Source: Macrostomum lignano (Eukaryota). Taken from it: a stretch of DNA of 64,000 nt. The notes below the pieces were generated by a model that did not search any database, was not told the DNA's origin, and saw nothing but the letters and a program-made list of their open reading frames with translations. Below, one piece after another: positions 54,481-64,000 of this stretch. Numbering within the stretch: position 1 is the first letter of the stretch; every line of letters begins with the position of its first letter. Location: assembly GCA_002269645.1 (NCBI GenBank), contig NIVC01001905.1, positions 113,691-177,690 of the forward strand, written 5' to 3'. The position numbers and the translations under genes were made by a program.

Positions 54481-55801
54481 GGCTGCAATAGGGAATGGAA
54501 ATAGGGAAAAAAGAGAAAGGAGGGGGAAGAAAAAGGGGGGCAAAGAAGAGAATCTCACTGTTTGCCCTTGGCCTAGCCTGTGTGGTCCTTACAGCTTGAG
54601 CAGCAACACTTTATATAGCAGCCAAAGGTAGAGGGCTTCCAACTGGATGATGTGGCAGGTCAGAAAGCTGCATCAGGTATTCCCTTGTATAAAGTGTCTC
54701 ACTGCTTGAACTTATGATACTTGGAAATTATGAATAAAATTGGGATATTAGAGAAATTAAATCATAGTAGGGCCTAGCCTTAGACTAAAGAATGGTTATT
54801 TGCCTTTCTAAAACTATTTAAATGATTTTGTTTACTATAATTTTATTAGTTTTTTTGCCAAAATACTTTATGTATTTAGTGAAATAAAGAAAAAAAACTT
54901 AAAAAATTACTTATTTTTTTATGTGGTTATTATATTAGGGAGCATAATTAATCAAGCTATAGTTTATTAATAAAGCAATAAAACAATCCCCTGTTTTGAA
55001 AAAGCTTTATATTGACAACTTTATTTTCCATGTGTTTTTTAGTATAGGCTTTCTATCTATCTTTATTTAATAATAGATTCTAATGTTGCAATTGTCTTTA
55101 ATTGAACTACCCAAATGGATCTCTATTATGAAAAGTTATTGGGCCTAGGTATAGTTAATATCTAGCTTTTATTTTTATTCTTTCTTCTGATTATCTACTT
55201 TTGTCTGATGATTCTGTTGCTGCTTCCTTTTTTATCTAGTTCTATTTTCTAATTCACTCATTAGTAACTAATGCCAATGCAACCTAATTAATGAAAAGAA
55301 ACTTTTTAGGCTTTATTGTATATATTATATATAGTTTAATTTCAATTTTATTGAATTGAATTTAAATCAAATGGCAAACTCTGTTTTTGCCCTCTTTTTC
55401 TTTACAATAGCAAAATATATTATATTTAATATAGGCTTATATTGTTTATTCTATATCCCCATTTGATCTTAACCCATAAAAATCATTCTTTTCATTGAAT
55501 TTCTAGTTGTATCCTTATGTATAATATATATTGTACAATCAAAATTTCATTGTTTTTCTAGTATATGTTTATAAATGTCTATAATAATAATATTAGGGAT
55601 TTAAAGTTAATTTTTATATGCAATTTAAATTAGATAAACAGTTTTTAAAGCTCCACGTGAATTCAGTCAAAAACCTATAATCTAAAGATGTTAAATATAG
55701 TGTTTCCAAACTTTAGACTATTCTGACTAGCTATTTCAAATTTATTGCAACTATACTACTTTCATTAAGTAGTTTTAATCCAAAAAACAAATTGCAAATT
55801 G

Positions 55802-56464
55802 ATGGCTTTTCCAGGCGCTAATCAGTCGGGCGAATTGGCCCTGACCGATCTAGATCGGGAGCTGCTGCGCCAATGTCAGCAAGAGAGTTTCTACAGGCGC
55901 TGTTTACCATTTAGCGCCGCCCTGACCCTGGTGACCTTCTGGCGTCATCGCCTGGGTCATTACCAAAAATTCATAGCCCTACGATATCTGGGCTCAATTG
56001 TGGCTGGCAATATCCTAGGCAGGGTGTCCTACCTGGGCGTTTGTAGACGGAAATTTATGGACACAGATGAGGAGCAAAGCGCTGTTAAGACAATGCTGAT
56101 GAAGAAGCAGCCTCTGCAACAGCAGCAGCAGCAGAAGCAACAACAACATCCGCAGCAGCAGCAATGGCCAAAGCGAGACATATCTCTGGATAATCAACGC
56201 TCGATTCAGGATTTGTCTGATCTGCCTCTACCACCGCCGCCTTCTCAGCAGCAGCAGCAGCCGAAGAAAGACCCAATCTATGTTAAGCCGGACTACAGCT
56301 ACGGCTCATTCAGCGAACAGTACCAGAAACCGTTCAGCAGTAGTTACTATGAAGACGATAGAAGTGGATTGAAAAGCTCAGATTCTGACCAGCAGCAGCA
56401 GCCGCAGCAGGCGCGGTCTGGAATGTTGGACGACGAGTTCTTTAATAAGGCTCGACAGGACTAG
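55802..56464 (+). CDS. OCIAD1: OCIA domain-containing protein (OCIAD1/asrij-like), single coding exon, 220 aa
   Basis: N-terminal DRELLRQCQQESFYRRCLPFS...GNILGRVSYLGVCRRKF matches the OCIA pattern as recalled (ECxxESFxxRSxP...GKxSYxxxCxxKF). Q/P-rich tail. The ATG at 55802 is preferred over the TTG at 55799. Confidence 0.75.
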   Translation: MAFPGANQSGELALTDLDRELLRQCQQESFYRRCLPFSAALTLVTFWRHRLGHYQKFIALRYLGSIVAGNILGRVSYLGVCRRKFMDTDEEQSAVKTMLMKKQPLQQQQQQKQQQHPQQQQWPKRDISLDNQRSIQDLSDLPLPPPPSQQQQQPKKDPIYVKPDYSYGSFSEQYQKPFSSSYYEDDRSGLKSSDSDQQQQPQQARSGMLDDEFFNKARQD

Positions 56465-56877
56465 GGAGACAGAGAGGATCTGTCAAGTGCCTGTTTGAGA
56501 CTTCGAGTTGGAATTCAATTTGTCTTTGATTTTGCATTGCTGCATTATTTATAGATATTGAATTAATATTTATAAAAGAATAAGCGCAACTTATCAGCCT
56601 TGTCTGAAATAGTTTCTATTGGCATTATTTTTATTATCATTATATTTAGTAATAGCAGTAGTTAAAAATGATGATAAATTAATTAAACTGATAAATGCCG
56701 TAGTTTAAGCCCATTTTGGTCAATAATTTCTTAATCGGTTTTTGTTTTTTCGTTCTATCAGGTGGTAATTAACTGTTTGTTTGTTTGTTTGCTCAGTGTG
56801 AGAATTTCAGATCAGACCTCTGTTGTCACTATGAGTAACTGGAAGGTTACAGTTCTATTTTTAGTCCTGTAAACCGA

Positions 56878-56928
56878 TTTGTCTTTTTGCCTGTCTGTCC
56901 GTCTGTCTCTGTCTGTCTGTCTGTCTGT

Positions 56929-56959
<31 letters not shown>

Positions 56960-57118
56960 CGTCTGTCTCTCCTAGTGTCTGTCTGTCTGTCTTTCTGTCC
57001 GTCTGTCTCTCTTAAGTCTTAGTGTCTGTCTGTCTGTCTTAGTGTCTGTCTGTCTTAGTGTCTGTCTGTCTGTCTGTCTCTGTCTGTCTGTCTCTGTCTG
57101 TCTGTCTGCCTGTCTGTC

Positions 57119-57151
<33 letters not shown>

Positions 57152-57232
57152 GTCTGTCTGTCCGTCGGTCTCTCTTAGTGTCTGTCTGTCTGTCTTAGTG
57201 TCTGTCTGTGTCTGTCTGTCTTAGTGTCTGTA

Positions 57233-57295
<63 letters not shown>

Positions 57296-57567
57296 GTCTG
57301 TCTGTCCGTCGGTCTCTCTTAGTGTCTGTCTGTCTGTCTGTGTCTGTCTGTCTTAGTGTCTGTGTGTGTGTCTATCTTAGTGTCTGTATGTCTGTCTGTC
57401 TGTCTGTCCGTCCGTCTGTCTCTCCTAGTGTCTGTCTGTCTGTCTTTCTGTCCGTCTGTCTCTCTTAAGTCTTAGTGTCTGTCTGTCTGTCTTAGTGTCT
57501 GTCTGTGTCTGTCTGTCTTAGTGTCTGTCTGTCTGTCTGTCTCTGTCTGTCTGTCTGTCTGTCTGTC

Positions 57568-57604
<37 letters not shown>

Positions 57605-57685
57605 GTCTGTCTGTCCGTCGGTCTCTCTTAGTGTCTGTCTGTCTGTCTTAGTGTCTGTCTGTGTCTGTCTGTCTTAGTGTCTGTA

Positions 57686-57728
<43 letters not shown>

Positions 57729-58060
57729 GTCTGTCTGTCCGTCGGTCTCTCTTAGTGTCTGTCTGTCTGTCTTAGTGTCTGTCTGTGTCTGTCTGTCTTA
57801 GTGTCTGTGTGTGTGTCTATCTTAGTGTCTGTATGTCTGTCTGTCTGTCTGTCCGTCCGTCTGTCTCTCCTAGTGTCTGTCTGTCTGTCTGTCCGTCTGT
57901 CTCTCTTAGTCTTAGTGTCTGTCTGTCTGTCTCTGTCTATCTGTCTGTCTGTCTGTCTCTCTTAGTGTCTGTCTGTCTGTCTATCTTAGTGTCTGTCTGT
58001 CTTAGTGTCTGTCTGTCTTAGCGTCTGTCTGTCTGTCTGTATGTCTGTCTTAGTGGCTGT
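56878..58060. repeat. Interrupted (TGTC)n array with CTTAGTG variants and block duplications
   Basis: Seen directly. Confidence 0.92.
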
Positions 58061-58331
58061 CTTTCTATCCCATGTATGCACGTTATTTTGTTGAACTTTA
58101 TCCAGCCTAGCCTAGCTCAGTGTGAATCGAATTAATTGACTTCACCTCTTTCAGCAATGTGGTCTGTTATCTTTTCAGATTAAACAATACGCCAAAGACA
58201 GTGTCCACACTGCGCACACCAGAGCATATTTAAGGAGAGACCCGCCGTTGTGCACTCTGCTCTCTCCTCACCCCCATACAGTAGACGGCCGGCCCTATCG
58301 CGTACACGCAGACAGAGCCAGGCGGTCCTGA

Positions 58332-61221
58332 ATGCTGCCATTCAGACGCGCACTCCGCTGCTTATGCGCACCGCTGCACCATTGCGGCTCCTGTTTCTAT
58401 GTGTGCGGCGAAATCTGCTGCGAGGTGGTTAAAAATCCAGCCTTTCTAGTCGTATTCATCATCTTGTGCATTCACAGCACTATATTAATCAGCTATTTCA
58501 CATTCGCTAATACGGCTAAGCCAAAGCCCGGCCCGACTAAACCAAATCCTCTTGACGCTATTATGGCTCTACCAGAGTACAACGTGTTCTTAAAAGTGGC
58601 TAACGACACGTCATCCGAGTCGGTTCATATTGGCAGCGAAGACTTCAAATATCCGTTGCTAGTTGACATGGTTCAACTAGTTAGCCGGGTGCGCCACAAT
58701 CTGTCAGTGAATGTGGCGCCAATAAATCGGCATAATTTTCAATTTCCTATTAATCAGGCCGATCTGTGCAAACCGTATAAGCTCACTGGAAGGAGTCAGC
58801 AGAAGCAGCAGCAGCAGCAGCAACCTGCAATAGTGCTGGTGATTAAATCAGCTCTCAGTCATTTCGATCAACGACAATTAATCAGGGAAACTTGGGGCAA
58901 CTTTGATTGCTGGCCAACTGCTGGCTCAGCTTCTTCTTCATCGTCTTCCTCATCATCATCATCATCATCCAGTTCCGTAAATAAAGTCCGTCGAGTATTC
59001 ATGGTTGGCCAGCCGAAATCTGCCGATCCAAAATCTTCGGAGTATGCCGAAAAATTGGCTAAAGAAGTGGCTAAATATGGCGACATAGTGCAAGCAGACT
59101 TTGTCGATCATTATTTTAATAATACGCTGAAGATGATGTCCAGTTTCAGCTGGATGATTGCTCATTGTCAGGGTGCGAGGTGAGACACCTTTGGGAGTAC
59201 CTGTCAGTCTGTTTTATCATTCGAATCCCAATAACCCATCCACAAAATCATTCGAATCCCAATGACCCATCCACAAAATCATTCGAATCCCAATGACCCA
59301 TCCACAAAAGCATTCGAATCCCAATGACCCATCCACAAAAACATTCGAATCCCATTGAGCCATCCACAAAAACATTCAAATCCCAAAAACCCATCCACAA
59401 AAGCATTCGAATCCCAATGACCCATCCACAAAATCATTCGAATCCCAATGACCCATCCACAAAATCATTCGAATCCCAATGACCCATCCACAAAAGCATT
59501 CGAATCCCAATGACCCATCCACAAAATCATTCGAATCCCATTGACCCATCCACAAAATCATTCGAATCCCAATGACCCATCCACAAAAACATTCGAATCC
59601 CAATGACCCATCCACAAAAACATTCGAATCCCAATGACCCATCCACAAAATCATTCGAATCCCAATGACCCATCCACAAAATCATTCGAATCCCAATGAC
59701 CCATCCACAAAAACATTCGAATCCCAATGACCCATCCACAAAATCATTCGAATCCCAATGACCCATCCACAAAATCATTCGAATCCCAATGACCCATCCC
59801 CAAAAACAGTCGAATCCCAATAACCCATCCACAAAAGCATTCGAATCCCAATGACCCATCCACAAAATCATTCGAATCCCAATGGCCCCTGAAGTTCGAA
59901 TCGCCGCGACAATCCCAAGTAGATAAAAATGGTTTCCTCACTCGCGCAGATTCGCCTTCTTCTTGGACGACGACTACGTTGTCAACCCGTTGAATTTGGT
60001 CCGGTTTGCCGATGCCATTCCGCCCGAGTCCTACGCAGGCACAATGGCCGGTTTTGTCTGGCGCAATGCGGCCCCGGTTCGTCGGGCGCCCAAGCGCAAT
60101 CCGCAGAGCCGCTGGTTGATATCCTATCGAGAATATCCCTGGCCAATGTATCCGGCTTACGTGTCTGCCGGCGCGTTTCTGGTGTCTATGCCGGTTATTA
60201 AGGACTTCACTATCGCTATGGAATATACTAGGTAGGGAGTCTGCTGCGTTGCTTTGCTGTTAGCCAAGTTGCTGGTTAATGAACACAAATACTAATAGAA
60301 GAAAATAAGTAGTGGAAGAGATGAGGGAAAAGGGCGGAAGAGAGGAGGGAAGGGGCCGAAGAGAGGAGGGAAGGAGCGAAAGGATGAGAGGAGGGAAGGG
60401 GCGGAAGAGAAAAGGGAGGGGCGGAAGAGAGGAGGGAGGGGCCGGAGGAGAGAAGGGAAGGGGCGGAAGAGAGGAGAGAAGGGCGGAAGAGAGGAGAGAA
60501 GGGGCGGAAGAGAGGAGGGAAGGGCGGAAGAGAGGAGGGAGGGGCGGAAGAGAGGAGGGACGGGGCGGAAGAAAGGAGGGAGGGGGCGGAAGAGAAGAGG
60601 AAAGGGGCGGAATAGAGGAGGGAGGGGCCGGAGGAGAGAAGGGAAGGGGCGGAAGAGAGGAGGGACGGGGCGGAAGAAAGGAGGGAGGGGGCGGAAGAGA
60701 AGAGGAAAGGGGCGGAAGAGAGGAGGGAGGGGCCAGAAAAGAGAAGGGAAGGGGCGGAAGAGAGGAGGGAAGGGCGGAATAGAGGAGGGAGGGGCCAGAA
60801 AAGAGAAGGGAAGGGGCGGAAGAGAGGAGGGAAGGGCGGAATAGAGGAGGGAGGGGCCAGAAAAGAGAAGGGAAGGGGCGGAAGAGAGGAGGGAATGGCG
60901 GAAGAGAGGAGGGAGGGGGCGCAGGACAGAACAGTTTTATAAGGTGAAAGAAGCTGTGAATTGAATTTCATTGTCAGGTACCTCCGCTTCGATGACGTCT
61001 TCCTGGGCATCCTGATGCACAAGCTGCGCATTGTGCCGTTGCACGCTGAACGAATTCACAGCTTCAGTCCGGTTTACCCAGACAGTCCCAGCTTCCCTGG
61101 CCTCATCGCCAGCCACGGCTACGCCAGAAAAGCTGATAAAGTCCGAGCCGCTTGGTCGGAGATTCTCAATCGAACTGGAGCAGAGAACAGATTACCACTA
61201 GAGTGCATGCTGTCTATGTAA
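58332..61221 (+). CDS. GT31 beta-1,3-glycosyltransferase, brainiac/bre-5-like; join(58332..59179,59950..60231,60978..61221), 457 aa
   Basis: Type II TM anchor and motifs RQLIRETWG, GDIVQADFVDHYFNNTLK, FFLDDDY (DxD), YPAYVSAGAF, RFDDVFLG. Two phase-2 GT-AG introns, 1374 nt = 458 codons. Confidence 0.88.
59215..59885. repeat. 31-bp minisatellite (CATTCGAATCCCAATGACCCATCCACAAAAW)n in GT31 intron 1
   Basis: Direct tandem units. Confidence 0.95.
60310..60920. repeat. Purine-rich ~20-bp minisatellite (GAAGGGGCGGAAGAGAGGAGG)n in GT31 intron 2
   Basis: Seen directly. Confidence 0.9.
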
Positions 61222-61603
61222 GTACTCTTTTAACTAGCCCGCCCCAGATTAATAACAGGAATTATTGCTCGAATATTTATATCTATATATAAATATGCAT
61301 ATTCCTAATTACCAAAATTTCTGTTCAAAATATTTTCGGTGATTTTGCTTTTCAAGTCTATTTAAGTTTTTGTTCTGGTCCGCAATTTCAATTTGGTAAA
61401 ATGCGTTTTTACATACGAATTAGCTGAAGTTCTGCTTGTGTTGCTCAGTTGTCGAGTATTTTTCACCGGTATTCCTTGTTTTGTTTGTTTGTTTTGTTTT
61501 ACTCTGGTCTACTAACTACTGTCTGTAGCTATCGGATCTGGAGGACTATCTCCCTCTCCCCTATCTCCCTCTCCTATCTCTCTCTCTCTCCTATCTCCCT
61601 CTC

Positions 61604-61866
61604 CATACATGCGCAACCTCCAAAATTCGATCGGCCGTGCGACTTAGTTTTAACAAAAAATGCGACTTACCTGTGAAAGAAACCCGAAAGAAAAATTAAC
61701 GCAATTTTGGGTAAACGGCAGGAGTAACTATGACTGTTTTATAAGGACTAAATGCCTCGTTATCTAATTAGTACTACGTCTATTCTTTGGGGTGGGCATT
61801 TTTGCGACTTACCTTGGTTGGCCGCCAAATCGGTCGGCCGGATCGGCCGACTGTTGCGCATGTATG
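61604..61866. mobile_element. hAT-type MITE (263 bp) carrying a 28S rRNA fragment
   Basis: Perfect 14-bp TIR CATACATGCGCAAC/GTTGCGCATGTATG. Identical 8-bp flanks TCCCTCTC (61596-61603, 61867-61874). Subterminal TGCGACTT and TCGGCCG motifs. Confidence 0.7.
61709..61772 (+). pseudogene. Degenerate 28S rRNA fragment (helix 69-71 region, R2/I-PpoI target region)
   Basis: GGGTAAACGGCAGGAGTAACTATGACTGTTTTATAAGGACTAAATGCCTCGTTATCTAATTAGT versus conserved eukaryotic LSU GGGTAAACGGCGGGAGTAACTATGACTCTCTTAAGGTAGCCAAATGCCTCGTCATCTAATTAGT. Confidence 0.85.
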
Positions 61867-62965
61867 TCCCTCTCTCCTATCTCCCTCTCTCATATATCCC
61901 TCTCTCCTATCTCCCTCTCCCCTATCTCCCTCTCTCCTATCTCCCTCTCTCATATATCCCTCTCTCATATATCCCTCTCTCATATATCCCTCTCTCCTAT
62001 CTCCCTCTCTCATATCCCTCTCCTATCTCCTCTATCTCCCTCTCTCCCTATCTCCCCTCCCTATCTCCCTCTCTCCTATCTCCCTCTCCCCTATCTCCCT
62101 CTATCTCCCTCTCTCCTATCTCCCTCTCCTATCTCCCTCTCTCCTATCTCTCTCTCTCCTATCTCCCTCTCCCCTACTTCCCTCTTTTCTATTCCCCTTT
62201 CTTCCCCTATCTCCCTTTTTGATCTCTCTCTCTCCTCCCTGTCTCGCTATTTTCTGTTCTCCCCCTCTTCTCCCTCAGCCTCCCCATCCTACATACAATT
62301 AGCCTTTTAATTAGTCTCTAATCCTGAGCTATCATTTAGCAGGTTGCAGATTTTAGTTAAAGATTATTCCAGCCTTTCATTCGGTCTTGAAGTCCTGAAT
62401 ACAGTCAATAAGTATCTATATATGCATACATAATAAATCATATTTGGTATAGATAAGTATCTAGGCAATCATTTCTATGCCTAAAACATTTTCTGTATTT
62501 ACTGGACCGACCTTCCAATTTTGCTTGATGAACACGGCCTTATTACTTCACTTTGCTATGTGCTAATGTTTACCTGCACTTACGCTAATGTGTATTTGTT
62601 AGTTAGACAAAAAGATATGTCAGCGCCTAATCTAACATATTTTTAGATGCAATCCTCAAGCGGTAGGAATTAAGGTGACGCACTGTTTATGAGATATGCA
62701 TACAATATCCTCCATTCTCCATTCTATTTCTTAAGTATAAGTATTCAACCTCCGTGCTGATTGCATTTTTCAAGTCAGTAAAAAATACCAAGTTGTATTG
62801 TACTGAAGTAACCAAAACTTTAAACTTTCTGTGTCTGGGTGAGATATTGGGCAACATTAGTACAGAATTACTGCAAAAATCTTCAATGCACTGTACTGAT
62901 ACCTGCTACTGCTAATAACTGAAAAAAGTAGTATTTGGTGTTTTTTTGTCTTTGTTTGTTTAGCT

Positions 62966-63123
62966 CAGAGGTCGCAAAGTGTTTTTTAACCTTAAGGGCC
63001 AGATCGCAAACTTAGCTCATGGCAGCGGGAAGAGAGGAGAGAGCAGAGAAGAGACGCAAACCTTGAGCAGACCGGATTTCCAAAGGACCTGAGGGCCAGA
63101 TAGAGAGGCTTTGCCTACCTCTG
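62966..63123. mobile_element. hAT (Charlie-like) MITE
   Basis: TIR CAGAGGTCGCAAAG / CTTTGCCTACCTCTG with degenerate 8-bp flanks GTTTAGCT/ATTTAGTT. Confidence 0.55.
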
Positions 63124-63589
63124 ATTTAGTTCAACCATTCGTAGGAAGATGTTGTCACGTTTTTCGGGATTTGGATTTTTTGAAAAGCAATATATTCAAG
63201 TCTCACTCGTCCCCTTATGTTTAAAACAAGACCTCCAAAATGTAATAGGTCTATATAGCCTCATCTGTTTGTCTGATAGATGTAATGGAGTCATAATGAA
63301 TTATTCGAAAACTTGTTTGCAAATTAATCTACTTTTGTCTTCCTTTAATCTCAGTTTTTATCAGCTGGATCTAAGCAGATTCCTATTTTGTTTTCTGTAC
63401 GAATATAACCTAGATGTACTTCGTCTGTGGTCGCTTTAAAGTTTTGTTGCAACGAATATTTCTTTCAGTTAGAAAACACGAAGAAATGAGAAATTATGTA
63501 AAATAGACACGGTGCACAGTGCGCTGCTGATGTAAAATTCAGACGTTTCTTTTTGCCTTTGTTTTTATCTGGGCTATTGAGTGCACCGA

Positions 63590-64000
63590 TTGCTTATTGG
63601 ACTGGGGAGTGGGGTGGTTATTTATTGGACTAGGGAGTGGGGTAGTTGCTTATTAGACTAGGAGTGGGTGGTTATTTATTGGACTAGGGAGTGGGTGGTT
63701 ATTTATTGGACTAGGGAGTGGGGTGGTTGTTTATTGGACTAGGAGTGAGGTGGTTTTTATTGGATTGGGAGTGGGTGGTTTATTTATTGGACTAGGAGTG
63801 GGGTGGTTATTTATTGACTAGAGTGGGTGGTTGTTATTGGACTAGGGAGTGGGGTGGTTATTTATTGGACTAGGGAGTGGGGTGGTTGTTTATTGGACTA
63901 GGGAGTGGGGTGGTTTTTATTGGACTAGGGAGTGGGTGGTTAGTTTATTGGACTAGGGAGTGGGGTGGTTTTTATTGACTAGGAGTGGGGTGGTTGCTTT
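63590..64000. repeat. 26-28-bp G-rich minisatellite (TTATTGGACTAGGGAGTGGGGTGGTTAT)n, running off the window end
   Basis: Direct tandem units. Confidence 0.92.

Larger units (their letters stand above)
61545..62280. repeat. CT-rich (CTCCTATCTCCCTCT)n array interrupted by the hAT MITE
   Basis: The same unit occurs on both sides of 61604-61866. Confidence 0.85.

Overview
This is eukaryotic (metazoan) genomic DNA with GT-AG introns. The GC3-rich exons and satellite-packed introns resemble a Macrostomum-like flatworm, but that taxonomy is inference only. Six protein-coding genes can be spliced by hand into intact reading frames: a 6-exon T-box factor with a C-terminal eh1 motif (+), a 2-exon orphan secreted prepropeptide (-), a 4-exon 610-aa orphan protein (+), a 5-exon NCKX/SLC24 exchanger (-), a single-exon OCIA-domain protein (+) and a 3-exon brainiac-like GT31 glycosyltransferase (+). 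About 30 distinct mini- and microsatellite arrays are present, and most of the long ORFs in the supplied track are artefacts of them. Several non-autonomous DNA transposons have recognisable TIRs and TSDs. The most interesting items are a hAT-type MITE carrying a degenerate copy of the 28S rRNA R2/I-PpoI target region, the orphan prohormone-like gene, an inverted minisatellite pair bracketing NCKX exon 2, and an array of T-box half-sites inside the T-box gene's own intron. No database search could be run, so all family calls are from remembered motifs.
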